Positions 9,492 through 20,342 of a stretch of DNA of 64,000 bases are shown here, piece by piece. Origin of the DNA: Escherichia coli. Its GTDB lineage: Bacteria; Pseudomonadota; Gammaproteobacteria; Enterobacterales; Enterobacteriaceae. Each line of letters begins with the position of its first letter. The stretch's first letter is position 1. A program made the translations under genes and the position numbers. The notes under the pieces were generated by a model. That model was given only the letters and a program-made list of their open reading frames with translations. It ran no database searches and was not told where the DNA came from. Where the stretch lies: the NCBI RefSeq assembly GCF_029227855.1, contig NZ_CP074356.1; one strand, written 5' to 3'.

Positions 9492-11453
9492 TTACCCTTT
9501 TCGCTTCGGCAATGTTTTCAGCAGCTCATCCGGACTTACGGAGGCGACAACACTTCCCGGTAACGGCATTTTCAGAATGTGATTTTTAATTTTGCCGATG
9601 ACGTGCATCTCGCATGGGCGGCAATCAAACTTTAGCGTTAATACTTCATCGCCGTTAACCAGTTGCATTGGCGTCGCCTTCCAGCTTTTGATATTGCCTT
9701 TCGCCTGTTTCGGGCACAGATTGAAGGCAAAGCGCAAACAATGCTTAGTGATCATCACCGGGACTTCGCCCTTCTCTTCATGTGCCTCATACGCCGCGTC
9801 AATCAGCTGCACACCGTAGCGATGATAAAATTCACGCGCTTTCTGGTTGTATACGTTCGCGAGGAAACTCAGATGCGTTTGCGGATAAACCGGCGCAGGA
9901 TCAGCAACCGGTTTACGGCTGCCCCGCTGGTAACCGGCAAGACGTGCAGCATCCAGCATGTCGGCGGCTTCACGGCGGAACTGGTTTAACAGACTGTTTG
10001 GTACAAACAGCGCACCCGGCAAATTAATTTGCACATCGCGGGCGTAATAGATGGTTTGCCCCAGTTTTGCCAGACCATCCTTTAGATTGTTCATTGCTTT
10101 TTCGGCGTTATTGGCTTCGTCGAACTGCCCATCCAGCGTATGCGTGATGCTGACACCCTCTTCACTGGTGAGGGTCAGAATCAGTTGTTCCTGCCAGCCG
10201 CCCAGTTCAATGTCTACCGCCACCCGACGTTCGCTGGAGGTTTTTGTCAGTGCCTGCTGCCAGTTATGATCAAGATTACGGTTTAGTGGGTGATGCGGGC
10301 GAATTTTGTGCAACTCTGCTGGCATTTCATTGGGCCAGACGCGGTACTGATTTTCTCCGGTTTTCTCGACCGTATTGGCACGAAAGCCGACGACTTCACG
10401 TTTAATCATCACGTTCAGGCCATCGCCATTTGCCAGTGGTTCGGAAACGGCAACATCGAGATGATCTTTCGCCACTTTCAATACTTCACCCACCGGCAGG
10501 CCGATAAATTTCGGCGAATCGAACGCGCCAATATCGCCTTTACGGGCATTCACAAAATAATCTGTGCTACCACGGTGGAAAGTCTTTTCCGTCGATGGAA
10601 CAAAGAAATGTTCAGTACGACCTGATGAAGCACGCGTCAGATCGCCACGTTCTTCAATAATGGCATCCAGCATCTGGCGATAATGGGCGGTGATATTCTT
10701 CACGTAGCTCATATCTTTGTAACGCCCTTCAATCTTGAAGGAGCGTACGCCAGCATCAATCAGCGCGCCGAGGTTGGCAGTCTGATCGTTATCTTTCATC
10801 GACAGCAGATGTTTTTCATAGGAAACCACCCGCCCCTGATCGTCTTTCAATGTGTATGGCAAACGGCACGCCTGCGAGCAATCGCCACGGTTGGCGCTAC
10901 GCCCTGTTTGCGCATGAGAAATGTAGCACTGACCCGAATAGGCCACGCACAGTGCGCCATGAATAAAGAATTCAATGGTCGCGTCCGTGGCCTGGTGAAT
11001 CGCGCGGATCTGCTCAAGATTCAGCTCTCGCGCCAGCACAATCTGCGTGAAGCCAACATCAGAGAGGAACTTCGCTTTTTCTACTGTACGAATGTCGCAC
11101 TGCGTACTGGCGTGCAGTTCAATCGGCGGAATATCAAGTTCCAGAATCCCCATATCCTGAACAATCAGCGCATCGACGCCGGTCTGGTAGAGGTCAGTAA
11201 TCAGCCGTTGCGCGGGTTCCAGCTCATCATCATGCAAAATTGTGTTAAGCGTGACGAAAATTTTTGCACCATAACGATGGGCAAACGGCACCAGCTCGGC
11301 AATATCTTTCAGGCTATTACTGGCATTATGACGGGCACCAAAACCAGGGCCGCCGATATAAACAGCATCGGCACCGTGCAAAATAGCTTCGCGGGCAATG
11401 GCGGCATCGCGTGCCGGACTTAACAGTTCAAGACGATGAGAAGATACGGTCAC
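9492..11453 (-). CDS. rlhA: U32-family peptidase-like protein RlhA (YdcP), 23S rRNA hydroxycytidine synthase; ~653 aa from the GTG at 11453
   Basis: ORF 9492..11495 with U32 peptidase-family features; start chosen to match the remembered K-12 length. Confidence 0.85.
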   Translation of the reverse strand: MTVSSHRLELLSPARDAAIAREAILHGADAVYIGGPGFGARHNASNSLKDIAELVPFAHRYGAKIFVTLNTILHDDELEPAQRLITDLYQTGVDALIVQDMGILELDIPPIELHASTQCDIRTVEKAKFLSDVGFTQIVLARELNLEQIRAIHQATDATIEFFIHGALCVAYSGQCYISHAQTGRSANRGDCSQACRLPYTLKDDQGRVVSYEKHLLSMKDNDQTANLGALIDAGVRSFKIEGRYKDMSYVKNITAHYRQMLDAIIEERGDLTRASSGRTEHFFVPSTEKTFHRGSTDYFVNARKGDIGAFDSPKFIGLPVGEVLKVAKDHLDVAVSEPLANGDGLNVMIKREVVGFRANTVEKTGENQYRVWPNEMPAELHKIRPHHPLNRNLDHNWQQALTKTSSERRVAVDIELGGWQEQLILTLTSEEGVSITHTLDGQFDEANNAEKAMNNLKDGLAKLGQTIYYARDVQINLPGALFVPNSLLNQFRREAADMLDAARLAGYQRGSRKPVADPAPVYPQTHLSFLANVYNQKAREFYHRYGVQLIDAAYEAHEEKGEVPVMITKHCLRFAFNLCPKQAKGNIKSWKATPMQLVNGDEVLTLKFDCRPCEMHVIGKIKNHILKMPLPGSVVASVSPDELLKTLPKRKG

Positions 11454-11525
11454 TTTCTTATCCAGTAGCTGAAAAATGGCGGCTATTTTAGCCACAAGCG
11501 CGACGTTGCGAAATAGTTTTCCCGC

Positions 11526-12062
11526 TTAACTGCGCGGGTAATGGATGAGGGAATGAAAATGTACGGTTTGCTCCCCTCCATTACGATAGACATGCGTGAC
11601 GTCTGCAGCAAATCGAGCGCCGTCCCCACAATTAAGGCTCTGCCATTCACCATCAACGCACAGATCAAGTTGTCCATCAATGACGACAACATGTTCGATT
11701 ACCCCCTTCTCATGGGGCGTCGATTCGCTTATTGCACCGGGTGCCATCTGAATCGAGAAGTGTTCAAAGCAGAGTTGTGGATCATAAGGAAACAGCGAAG
11801 TGATCACCATCGCCTGCTGTTGCGGATCATAAACTGAAGGCGTAGCGGACTGAGGCGGAGAAATAAATGTCGAAAATGGCACGTTCAACCCGGTGGCTAT
11901 TTTCCATAATGTCGCGACCGTCGGGCTGGATTCATTACGCTCAATCTGCCCTAACATCGCTTTAGAAACGCCCGTCGCTTCTGCCAGTCGCGAAAGACTC
12001 CAGCCGCGCTGCTGACGTAGTTGTTTAAGTGTGGTGGATAAAAAGCGAGCGAGATTTTCCAT
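11526..12062 (-). CDS. sutR: XRE-family HTH plus cupin transcriptional regulator SutR (YdcN), 178 aa
   Basis: N-terminal HTH (LSRLAEATGVSKAMLGQIERNE) and C-terminal cupin; synteny. Confidence 0.85.
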   Translation of the reverse strand: MENLARFLSTTLKQLRQQRGWSLSRLAEATGVSKAMLGQIERNESSPTVATLWKIATGLNVPFSTFISPPQSATPSVYDPQQQAMVITSLFPYDPQLCFEHFSIQMAPGAISESTPHEKGVIEHVVVIDGQLDLCVDGEWQSLNCGDGARFAADVTHVYRNGGEQTVHFHSLIHYPRS

Positions 12063-12153
12063 GCGACTCCTCCGGCAAAACGTAAGTTTATCACTTGTGC
12101 GTTATAACGGACAAATGCTACGGTGCCTGTATGCTATAACGCACGAGGTGACT

Positions 12154-13326
12154 ATGCGTCTGTTTTCTATTCCTCCGCCCACGCTACTTGCGGGGTTTCT
12201 GGCGGTATTAATTGGCTACGCCAGTTCAGCGGCAATAATCTGGCAAGCAGCGATTGTCGCCGGAGCCACCACTGCACAAATCTCTGGCTGGATGACGGCG
12301 CTGGGGTTGGCAATGGGCGTCAGTACGCTGGCTCTGACATTATGGTATCGCGTACCTGTTCTCACCGCATGGTCAACGCCTGGCGCGGCTTTGTTGGTCA
12401 CCGGATTACAGGGACTAACACTTAACGAAGCCATCGGCGTTTTTATTGTCACCAACGCGTTAATAGTCCTCTGCGGCATAACGGGACTCTTTGCTCGTCT
12501 GATGCGCATTATTCCGCACTCGCTTGCGGCGGCAATGCTTGCCGGGATTTTATTACGCTTTGGTTTACAGGCGTTTGCCAGTCTGGATGGTCAATCTACG
12601 TTGTGTGGAAGTATGTTGCTGGCATGGCTGGCAGCCAAGGCCGTTGCGCCGCGCTATGCGGTAATTGCCGCGATGATTATTGGGATCGTCATCGTTATCG
12701 CGCAAGGTGACGTTGTCACAAATGATGTTGTCTTTAAACCCGTTCTCCCCACTTATATTACCCCTGATTTTGCGTTTGCTCACAGCCTGAGCGTTGCACT
12801 CCCCCTTTTTCTGGTGACGATGGCATCGCAAAACGCACCGGGTATCGCAGCAATGAAAGCCGCCGGATATTCGGCTCCTGTTTCGCCATTAATTGTATTT
12901 ACTGGATTACTGGCACTGGTTTTTTCCCCTTTCGGCGTTTATTCCGTCGGTATTGCGGCAATCACCGCGGCTATTTGCCAAAGCCCGGAAGCGCATCCGG
13001 ATAAAGATCAACGTTGGCTGGCCGCTGCCGTTGCAGGCATTTTCTATTTGCTCGCAGGTCTGTTTGGTAGTGCCATTACCGGGATGATGGCTGCCCTGCC
13101 CGTAAGTTGGATCCAGATGCTGGCAGGTCTGGCGCTGTTGAGTACCATTGGCGGCAGTTTGTATCAGGCGCTGCATAATGAGCGTGAGCGCGACGCGGCG
13201 GTGGTGGCATTTCTGGTAACGGCAAGTGGATTGACGCTGTTCGGGATTGGTTCTGCGTTTTGGGGATTAATTGCCGGAGGCGTTTGTTACGTGGTGTTGA
13301 ATTTAATCGCTAACAGAAACCGATAA
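12154..13326 (+). CDS. ydcO: BenE-family inner membrane transporter YdcO (~390 aa)
   Basis: Polytopic membrane ORF; ATG at 12154 preceded by GAGGTG; the longer ORF from 12031 overlaps sutR and is taken as an artefactual extension. Confidence 0.8.
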   Translation: MRLFSIPPPTLLAGFLAVLIGYASSAAIIWQAAIVAGATTAQISGWMTALGLAMGVSTLALTLWYRVPVLTAWSTPGAALLVTGLQGLTLNEAIGVFIVTNALIVLCGITGLFARLMRIIPHSLAAAMLAGILLRFGLQAFASLDGQSTLCGSMLLAWLAAKAVAPRYAVIAAMIIGIVIVIAQGDVVTNDVVFKPVLPTYITPDFAFAHSLSVALPLFLVTMASQNAPGIAAMKAAGYSAPVSPLIVFTGLLALVFSPFGVYSVGIAAITAAICQSPEAHPDKDQRWLAAAVAGIFYLLAGLFGSAITGMMAALPVSWIQMLAGLALLSTIGGSLYQALHNERERDAAVVAFLVTASGLTLFGIGSAFWGLIAGGVCYVVLNLIANRNR

Positions 13327-13332
13327 TAAAAA

Positions 13333-13352
13333 GCGCCATCTAACGATGGCGC
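13333..13352 (-). terminator. Intrinsic terminator of ydcL (hairpin gcgccatc/gatggcgc followed by a T5 run on the minus strand)
   Basis: Seen directly; lies between the convergent stops of ydcO and ydcL. Confidence 0.45.
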
Positions 13353-13360
13353 GTCTGGAA

Positions 13361-14029
13361 CTACTTTTTGTTAACGTCAAACATGGTGGCATCGGTCGCC
13401 ATGTCATCAATAACTTGTTTAATATTTTCGAAAGCCATTGGCGTACTTTCGTTATTCAGGTCTTTACCTTCGCCCTGACGAACGACTTTGATAACCGGTT
13501 TATTAGTCGCTGCATCAATCAGCTCACCTTCAAAATAGAGGCGAGTATCCATGGTACGGTGGCCTGTAGCCATTTGCGTCCCCGCAACCACTAATGCAAC
13601 AGGAACCACTTCATAGAATTGCAGCCCTTCTTTGCTGGTATCTACACCGGTAATGGCCCCACGGAAAATCAGACTATGCGGCCCAGCGGTGGTAACCAGT
13701 GGTTTACGCTGCGCTATCGCTTCTTTCATTTCGGTGTTGGTATAGTTCAAAATTTTATCCAGAACTTTCTGCCCTACCTGGGTAGAAGGTTTCGGTACCG
13801 GATAATAAGTGATTGGGTTCCAGACGATGCTGTCATATTTGCTTTGATCAAAACTTGGGTCTACCCAACGTAAAACAGGTTTACCTGTTGCCGAGGTTGT
13901 TTCTTTTAAATCAGAGTAATTGTTTAAAAAACCAGAATATTTATCTGGCTGGGTGATTTTAGAGGCACAACCAGACAGAGCCAACAAGCCGCATAAAGCT
14001 GCAACTTTCGCAAATGATGTGGTACGCAT
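13361..14029 (-). CDS. ydcL: Lipoprotein YdcL (222 aa)
   Basis: Lipobox LALSGC after a signal peptide; length as in K-12. Confidence 0.85.
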   Translation of the reverse strand: MRTTSFAKVAALCGLLALSGCASKITQPDKYSGFLNNYSDLKETTSATGKPVLRWVDPSFDQSKYDSIVWNPITYYPVPKPSTQVGQKVLDKILNYTNTEMKEAIAQRKPLVTTAGPHSLIFRGAITGVDTSKEGLQFYEVVPVALVVAGTQMATGHRTMDTRLYFEGELIDAATNKPVIKVVRQGEGKDLNNESTPMAFENIKQVIDDMATDATMFDVNKK

Positions 14030-14124
14030 GAATAGTTTCCTGAGATGATTATATTACTTTCTAAGTTATAGCAAAAAGCGCCGCTTCGTGTTGTGGCAAA
14101 AAAAGTGTTGGTGAAAATAAATTT

Positions 14125-14170
14125 TTTAGCCCCTTTTCAGACGACATAGTCAATGCCGAAAAAGGGGCTA
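14125..14170. other. 12-bp perfect inverted repeat (ttagcccctttt / aaaaggggctaa) with 22-nt loop, upstream of ydcL and downstream of tehB
   Basis: Seen directly; function (terminator or operator) not established. Confidence 0.3.
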
Positions 14171-14331
14171 AGTCAATCATCAGTAGTTAAATTTCAGTAA
14201 GTTAAGCGGCTAAAAAACTTCGACTACTGTGATTAATTTCACATCCCTTCGATAAAAAATATGCTTACCGAAAAGAAGAACAGTAAACCATCTCAGCGTG
14301 GGGAATTTTCACGCGCTTTGTTCTTACCGGA

Positions 14332-14925
14332 TCATTTTTTACGTGCCAGCATCGTGGCGAAACGCAGTTTAATACGATTACCGTTGGCGTCGGTGCGGTG
14401 CAGCTCGCCGACGTCTTCATTGTATTTCACCATCTCCCAGCCTTCGTAATATCGACGTAATTCCCCCTCTTTGAAGGCAAACGGGAAGCCGACGGTACAT
14501 GGATAATCAGCGGTATCCATCGCCGCCACAATCAGGTTGTAACCGCCAGGTTTAGTGCAACGTTGCATATTGGCAATCAGCCCTGGGATGGTTTTAGCCT
14601 CAAGGAACATCAGCACCACAGTCGAAAGAATAAAATCGTACTGTCCATCAAATGTGAGGTTATTCAGATCAACGACCCGGGTGTGTAAATTATCCAGATT
14701 TTCAATGGACTTAATGCGCTCGACGTTGGCGATACTCATGGCATTTTTATCCCATGCGTCAACATCATAACCATTGGCTGCCAGGTAAAGACTGTTACGA
14801 CCATTGCCACAGCCCAGATCCAGCGTTTTACCCGGTTTAACCACTTTCACCGCTTCCAGTACTTCAGAGTGTGTGCGGGTTAATTCATATTTATCAGTAA
14901 AATAGTTTTCGTCACGAATGATCAT
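14332..14925 (-). CDS. tehB: Tellurite-resistance SAM-dependent methyltransferase TehB (197 aa)
   Basis: Class I methyltransferase motif [15 protein letters not shown]; overlaps the tehA stop. Confidence 0.95.
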   Translation of the reverse strand: MIIRDENYFTDKYELTRTHSEVLEAVKVVKPGKTLDLGCGNGRNSLYLAANGYDVDAWDKNAMSIANVERIKSIENLDNLHTRVVDLNNLTFDGQYDFILSTVVLMFLEAKTIPGLIANMQRCTKPGGYNLIVAAMDTADYPCTVGFPFAFKEGELRRYYEGWEMVKYNEDVGELHRTDANGNRIKLRFATMLARKK

Positions 14926-15914
14926 TCTTTGTCCTCTGCTTTCATTAAAACGGCGCGCTCGGTTCTGACTAACAATTTTCCCTGCATCAGAAGCGCAAAA
15001 GTACGGATGAGCAGTATTGCAATAATAAAATTGGTAAAGATAAACAGCGGCACCGCCAGCGTATGGAAAAATCCATTATCGCTGCCACTCCCCAGATGCA
15101 AACCGGTGGTTGCCAGTGCAGATACGCCGAACGAGAAACTCCAGAATGAAGCATTAAATGGCTGGGAGAGATACCATGGCATCAGACGTAGCATAAACAG
15201 CAGTTGCAGCAGTCCATAACCGAAAAGCATTTTCGCCAGCGTGTCACCCTCGCCGCCGTTGACGCTCAGCCAGGCACTACAGGCCACCAGCGCAGGAGCG
15301 AGCTGAATGCCGAGTGATGTCCGCAGCGCCGTGGGTAATTCTCCCGAACTGCGCAGACGCTGCAAGATCACAGGTTCAAGGCTTAGCCATGAGAAAACGC
15401 CTGCGCCTAAAAACACCAGACCGGCGTCGGTGTAGCCCAACGCACCACAGGCCATTGCGCTGATAAAGTTGTTGGCAACTGTCGGCAGATACAGTCCAGG
15501 CGTGGTAGCTTCTTCAGGGTGAGATCCGCGCCATAATCCCGCAGTTTGCCATGCGGCATAAGCCAGTTGCACCACGACACCAAAACTGAACAGGCACACC
15601 GCCAGTGGGCGAAACCACGGAACAAAACCAATCGCCACCAGCATCGTCGTTGCCGGAAACAAACTCACAAAACTACTCAGCACTGGATGGCGCACTTCCG
15701 CCAGCACGCTATGCGGAAAGCGTATGAGTCGGGTAATAAATGCGCTAGTTAATAATCCCCAGATGATCATCGCCAGAATCACCAGCCCATCCCCTAACCA
15801 GTGGCTGACCTGCCAAACCTGGCTGGCATAGCGCCAGGCAAATCCCATCCCTATCGTCCCCAACACAATACCAAAGTAGCCTGCCGGCAAATTGAGCACT
15901 TTATCGCTCTGCAT
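14922..15914 (-). CDS. tehA: Tellurite-resistance/dicarboxylate-type membrane transporter TehA (330 aa from the ATG at 15914)
   Basis: Polytopic membrane ORF; internal start [14 protein letters not shown] matches the K-12 length. Confidence 0.9.
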   Translation of the reverse strand: MQSDKVLNLPAGYFGIVLGTIGMGFAWRYASQVWQVSHWLGDGLVILAMIIWGLLTSAFITRLIRFPHSVLAEVRHPVLSSFVSLFPATTMLVAIGFVPWFRPLAVCLFSFGVVVQLAYAAWQTAGLWRGSHPEEATTPGLYLPTVANNFISAMACGALGYTDAGLVFLGAGVFSWLSLEPVILQRLRSSGELPTALRTSLGIQLAPALVACSAWLSVNGGEGDTLAKMLFGYGLLQLLFMLRLMPWYLSQPFNASFWSFSFGVSALATTGLHLGSGSDNGFFHTLAVPLFIFTNFIIAILLIRTFALLMQGKLLVRTERAVLMKAEDKE

Positions 15915-16037
15915 CTTCTTACTCATTTTGTTTAATTTATAAAGTATATTTGAAATGCATTTTATGGAATTTTCTCGAGCATAGCCAGAGCCGCAGAATT
16001 TGCTACGGTTATAGTAAGTCACCTGTGGGAAAACGCT

Positions 16038-17018
16038 ATGCGCAAATATCGTCTAAGTGAAGAACAGCGAGCCTTTAGTTATCAGGAAGATGGCACTAAA
16101 AAAAGTGTGTTATTACGGCAGATTATCGCCATTAGCGATTTTAACGATGTGATAGCAGGAACCGCTGGCGGCTGGATCGATCGCGAAACGGTGTTAGCAC
16201 AGGAAGGAAATTGCTGGATTTACAACCAGAATGCTATTGCGTTCGGCGGAACGGTGATTTCCGGTAATACGCGTATCACCGGCACCAGCATGCTGTGGGG
16301 AGAGGTTTACGCAACGGATAACGTCTGGATCGATAATAGTGAAATCAGCCAGGGTGCATATATAAGTGACAGTGTCACCATTCATGACTCATTAGTTTAC
16401 GGGCAATGTAGAATATTTGGTCACGCCTTAATTGATCAACATTCTATGATCGTCGCCGCACAAGGCTTAACGCCCGACCATCAACTCCTGCTCCAAATTT
16501 ATGATCGCGCAAGGGTTAGCGCCTCGCGTATTGTCCACCAGGCACAAATTTATGGCGATGCCGTCGTCCGGTATGCTTTTATTGAACATCGCGCCGAAGT
16601 TTTTGATTTTGCCAGCGTTGAAGGTAATGAAGAGAACAACGTCTGGCTATGCGATTGCGCTAAAGTCTACGGTCACGCGCAGGTGAAAGCTGGCATAGAA
16701 GAAGATGCCATTCCGACGATTCATTACAGTTCGCAGGTGGCGGAATATGCCATTGTGGAAGGTAATTGTGTGTTAAAACATCATGTCTTGATTGGCGGAA
16801 ATGCCGTGGTATGTGGCGGACCGATTCTGCTCGACGAGCACGTTGTCATACAAGGTGAGAGCCGTATTACAGGTGCGGTGATAATTGAAAACCATGTGGA
16901 GTTAACCGACCACGCCGTCGTTGAAGCCTTTGATGGCGACACGGTTCATGTCCGTGGTCCAAAAGTCATTAACGGCGAGGAACGCATTACTCGAACGCCA
17001 CTGGCAGGGTTATTGTGA
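16038..17018 (+). CDS. ydcK: Hexapeptide-repeat (left-handed beta-helix) protein YdcK (326 aa)
   Basis: Repeated hexapeptide pattern in the translation; divergent from tehA. Confidence 0.85.
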   Translation: MRKYRLSEEQRAFSYQEDGTKKSVLLRQIIAISDFNDVIAGTAGGWIDRETVLAQEGNCWIYNQNAIAFGGTVISGNTRITGTSMLWGEVYATDNVWIDNSEISQGAYISDSVTIHDSLVYGQCRIFGHALIDQHSMIVAAQGLTPDHQLLLQIYDRARVSASRIVHQAQIYGDAVVRYAFIEHRAEVFDFASVEGNEENNVWLCDCAKVYGHAQVKAGIEEDAIPTIHYSSQVAEYAIVEGNCVLKHHVLIGGNAVVCGGPILLDEHVVIQGESRITGAVIIENHVELTDHAVVEAFDGDTVHVRGPKVINGEERITRTPLAGLL

Positions 17019-17549
17019 ATCGATAATAAGCGCGTATAAGTTCACATCATCATAGGCATCATTCAGGAACTCAGCCTGTTTCAGGCAACCTTCAAGGATA
17101 AAACCATTGCGCAAAGCGACCTGGTTGCTTTGCGCATTGTCCACCCGACATTTGATCACGAAGCGTCTAAGTTCACCAGACTGAGCGTAATGATGAATCA
17201 ATGCCTGCAGCGCCTGAGAAATGATCCCCTGCCCCTGATGAGATTCGTCCAGCCAGTAGCCGATTTCAGCGGTTTTATTCAGTGGTTCAATACGATTAAA
17301 CGAGATAACGCCGATAAGTTCATCTTCTTTGAAAATCATGAACATTTTGGCATATCCGCGTTGATGCAACATTACATTGCCCTGCACCGTTTTTCGCGTG
17401 TCCTCTTCACTTTGAACAAACTGCGGCCAGTTTAGCGACTGCTGTAACCAGGTTTTATTTTTACAGATTAACTGATAAAGAGGTGTGACGTGATTTTCTG
17501 CAACAGCATGTAATTCAAGTGATTCGCTTACTTTTATCGTTTCAGTCAT
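17010..17549 (-). CDS. rimL: Ribosomal protein L7/L12 N-acetyltransferase RimL (179 aa from the ATG at 17549)
   Basis: GNAT acetyltransferase fold; start [14 protein letters not shown] preceded by GGAG. Confidence 0.9.
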   Translation of the reverse strand: MTETIKVSESLELHAVAENHVTPLYQLICKNKTWLQQSLNWPQFVQSEEDTRKTVQGNVMLHQRGYAKMFMIFKEDELIGVISFNRIEPLNKTAEIGYWLDESHQGQGIISQALQALIHHYAQSGELRRFVIKCRVDNAQSNQVALRNGFILEGCLKQAEFLNDAYDDVNLYALIIDSQ

Positions 17550-17580
17550 CTTATCTCCAGTCACTCCATGCAGTTGTTAA

Positions 17581-18289
17581 TAAATATCCTCCGGCATAGC
17601 CGGAGGTTTTTCAAATGCGCCTATAAGGCTCTCTTACCAGCCGCGCCCTAACAGGCGCACACGATCTGACATTTGCATCCAACTTCGTTACTTACGGCCC
17701 GTAAACGGGCTGCCCGGATAGGGAATCGATAACTGCTCTCCCATTTTATCCTCTTCAAGCTGGTGCTTTGTGTAATCCTGTATCTTCGCCGTGTTCTTAC
17801 CCACTGTATCGACGTAGTACCCTCTGCACCAGAACTCCCTGTTCCTGTATTTGAATTTCAAATCACCAAACTGCTCGTAAAGCATCAGACTGCTTTTCCC
17901 TTTCAGATATCCCATAAACCCGGATACGCTCATTTTAGGCGGGATCTCCACAAGCATATGGATATGATCTGCACAGCATTCAGCTTCCAGAATCCGTACG
18001 CTTTTCCACTCACACAGCTTTCTCAAAATACTGCCTATTGCTCTACGCTTCTCTCTGTAGAACACCTGTCTTCGGTATTTTGGCGCAAAAACTATGTGAT
18101 ATTTACAGTTCCATCGGGTGTGCGCTAAGCTCTTTTCGTTCCCCATTGGGACCCCCTTTTGATTTCTTGTTTGACACTTGCAGTTGCCAGACCGCAAGGT
18201 GTTTTAACAAATCAAAAGGGGTTTTAATAACAGGCTCAAAGCTGAAAGCTTTCCGGAACCCCCAGCCTAGCTGGGGGTTTTCTGTGCAC
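17581..18289 (-). mobile_element. IS200-family insertion sequence (IS200/IS605 family), copy 1, ~709 bp
   Basis: Single Y1 (HUH) transposase gene; subterminal hairpins (cctccggc ata gccggagg at 17588..17606; aacccccagc cta gctgggggtt at 18257..18279); a stem-loop sequesters the tnpA RBS; boundaries set by comparison with copy 2 (ambiguous by about 2 nt at one end and a 6-nt A run at the other). Confidence 0.85.
17688..18146 (-). CDS. tnpA: IS200 TnpA, Y1 HUH transposase (152 aa from ATG 18146)
   Basis: HuH motif HIHMLVEIP and putative catalytic Tyr in ...IQDYTKHQ...; AGGGGG RBS 6 nt upstream of the ATG. Confidence 0.9.
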   Translation of the reverse strand: MGNEKSLAHTRWNCKYHIVFAPKYRRQVFYREKRRAIGSILRKLCEWKSVRILEAECCADHIHMLVEIPPKMSVSGFMGYLKGKSSLMLYEQFGDLKFKYRNREFWCRGYYVDTVGKNTAKIQDYTKHQLEEDKMGEQLSIPYPGSPFTGRK

Positions 18290-18312
18290 AAAAAAGCCGC
18301 CTGGCTGGCGGC
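18290..18312 (-). terminator. Intrinsic terminator of ydcH (gccgcc/ggcggc hairpin plus T6 on the minus strand); the T-tract directly abuts the IS200 end
   Basis: Seen directly. Confidence 0.5.
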
Positions 18313-18322
18313 TTAGGAAAGT

Positions 18323-18547
18323 TTACACCTCTTTGACGCTCTCCTGCTGCAGGATTTTGAGCATCTCATCTTTTAACTGTAGCTTTTGTTTTTTCATGCG
18401 GACCACTTCCGCATTGTACCCTCGACCGTCGGAACCTTCCTTTCTGGCAATTTCATGATCAAGTTTATTGTGTTTATCGAACAAGGACATAAAGCGAGGA
18501 TTTTCGTTTTTCAGACGGGATATTAAATCTCGATATTCTGGAAACAT
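18323..18547 (-). CDS. ydcH: DUF465-family small protein YdcH (74 aa from ATG 18547)
   Basis: ORF MFPEYRDLISRLKNENPRF... with AGGGAG RBS. Confidence 0.85.
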   Translation of the reverse strand: MFPEYRDLISRLKNENPRFMSLFDKHNKLDHEIARKEGSDGRGYNAEVVRMKKQKLQLKDEMLKILQQESVKEV

Positions 18548-18686
18548 ACGCACTCCCTGTTAGTGGCTGACAAGGTGTATCTGAAATACACACCATCAGA
18601 TTACTCATTTAACTTAGGGAAAAATGCGAGCGGGATCGTGTTTAACCAGACGGCACCTCCCGAAGAAGGTGCCGAAGAAAAAACGA

Positions 18687-20342
18687 CTAACTCATCACGC
18701 GGTCGTCAACATACTGACGTTTATCCGGCGCTGGCGGGAAATACTGATACAGCCATGTTTCACTGATAGCGTCCCCCTGACAACGCAGATACATCCGCAT
18801 ATCGACCGGATCAGTGGAGTCCGAAGTCGGATACCAGTCAAACTGAATACGATAACCATCAATTGGTTCAATATAGAGAATTTCGATTTGCTTCGCTTCC
18901 CCACTGGAAAGCGTAATCACCGGCTCAATGCCTTTTGGCGCGGCAGCTTTCAGATCACCACCAACGAAATCGACGGCAAAACGACGCGCCCATTTTTCGG
19001 GATAGTGTTCACCTGGAGCCCAACCTTCCGGGAAACCGCCCATGCCGGTACGCGTCGCCATAACGCGCGCTAATGGGCAATGAACAGGCGGTTGCGCGCT
19101 CCAGTACAAACGATACTGGAATGCAAACTCATCACCCGCTTTTACAGCTTTTTCTGGCTGCCAGAAGCAGACAATGTTATCCAGCGTTTCACCCGTAGTA
19201 GGGATTTCCATCAGGCCGATGGTGCCCTTACCCCACTTGTTACGCGGCTCCACCCACAGACTTGGGCGTTTGTTATACCAGCCCATAATGTCCTGATAAT
19301 GAGAGAAATCACGATCCAGTTGCAATAAACCAAACCCTTTCGGGTTGTTGTCGGTGTAAGCATTGAACTGCAATTTTTGCGGATTGTTCAGCGGACGACA
19401 AATCCACTCGCCATTGCCCCGCCACATGGACAGACGATCTGAGTCATGGATTTGCGGATGAATGGTGTCGCACATCCGACGTTCATTAGTACCGCAGCTG
19501 AACATGCTGGTCATCGGCGCAATGCCCAGCTGTTTAATGTCTTTGCGCGCATACAGGTGATTTTCCACATCCATAATCACCTGACTTTTCTCACAATGGA
19601 TAGTGAACTTATAGGCACCAGTAATGCTGGCGCTATCGAGCAACGCATAAACGGTAAAGGTGGTTGCCCCCGGTTTTACCGTATCAAACCAGAAGGCAGT
19701 AAAGTCGGGGAACTCTTCTTTACTGTCGGTGTAAGTGTCGATCGCCAGGCCGCGAGCCGACAAACCGTATTGATATGTATCATCAACCGCGCGGAAATAA
19801 CTCGCGCCGAGGAATGATACGACATCACGGCGCGCCAGTTCGGGGGCTTTAAACACGCGAAAACCGGCAAAACCGAGATCGCTTTGCCCTTCTAATTGTT
19901 TGGTATCAACACCCGCATCGTTGTATTTGAACAACTCCGGGCGAAAGTGAATTTCACGCGCCAGATGTGTTGCGGGATCAACAGAAAACATACGAACGCG
20001 GCGGCGGAATCCCATTCCCATATGGAAGAACTGAGCGTCTAGTTGACGGTTCTCAACGTTATGCCAGAGCGATTTTTCGGCGTCGTATTGAATACTGTTA
20101 TAAGCCTGCGGCGTCATTGTCGCCAGCGTGTCAGGTAACGGACGAGGCGCACCACGCCACGCGGTTTGCGCTAAGTCGTGCGCCATTGACTGTAGAATGG
20201 AGAAGTCAAAACGTTGGGTTTGCCCGTCGGCAATATCAGAATCTGCCGCGAATGCCGCCTGAGAAAAAAGAGAAGCAATGCCGCTGGTACCGCACACGGC
20301 GGCCATAGCCATTGAACCTTTAATAAATCGTCTACGATCCAT
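18687..20342 (-). CDS. opgD: Osmoregulated periplasmic glucan biosynthesis protein OpgD (MdoD), Tat-exported, 551 aa
   Basis: Twin-arginine signal [10 protein letters not shown] followed by an MdoG-like domain; recognised sequence. Confidence 0.95.
   Translation of the reverse strand: MDRRRFIKGSMAMAAVCGTSGIASLFSQAAFAADSDIADGQTQRFDFSILQSMAHDLAQTAWRGAPRPLPDTLATMTPQAYNSIQYDAEKSLWHNVENRQLDAQFFHMGMGFRRRVRMFSVDPATHLAREIHFRPELFKYNDAGVDTKQLEGQSDLGFAGFRVFKAPELARRDVVSFLGASYFRAVDDTYQYGLSARGLAIDTYTDSKEEFPDFTAFWFDTVKPGATTFTVYALLDSASITGAYKFTIHCEKSQVIMDVENHLYARKDIKQLGIAPMTSMFSCGTNERRMCDTIHPQIHDSDRLSMWRGNGEWICRPLNNPQKLQFNAYTDNNPKGFGLLQLDRDFSHYQDIMGWYNKRPSLWVEPRNKWGKGTIGLMEIPTTGETLDNIVCFWQPEKAVKAGDEFAFQYRLYWSAQPPVHCPLARVMATRTGMGGFPEGWAPGEHYPEKWARRFAVDFVGGDLKAAAPKGIEPVITLSSGEAKQIEILYIEPIDGYRIQFDWYPTSDSTDPVDMRMYLRCQGDAISETWLYQYFPPAPDKRQYVDDRVMS

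Noticed and set aside
12031-12153. N-terminal extensions of several ORFs (ydcO from 12031, ydcI from 21986, tehA to 16022, paaE to 52750, paaK to 46929, paaH to 50036)
   Set aside because: The extensions overlap upstream genes or lack an RBS; internal starts reproduce the remembered K-12 protein lengths.
17688-18197. Possible REP-associated tyrosine transposase (RAYT) call for the 169-aa ORF present in two copies
   Set aside because: The protein, element length (~709 bp), subterminal hairpins and RBS-sequestering stem-loop fit IS200 TnpA rather than a RAYT, and no REP array flanks it.
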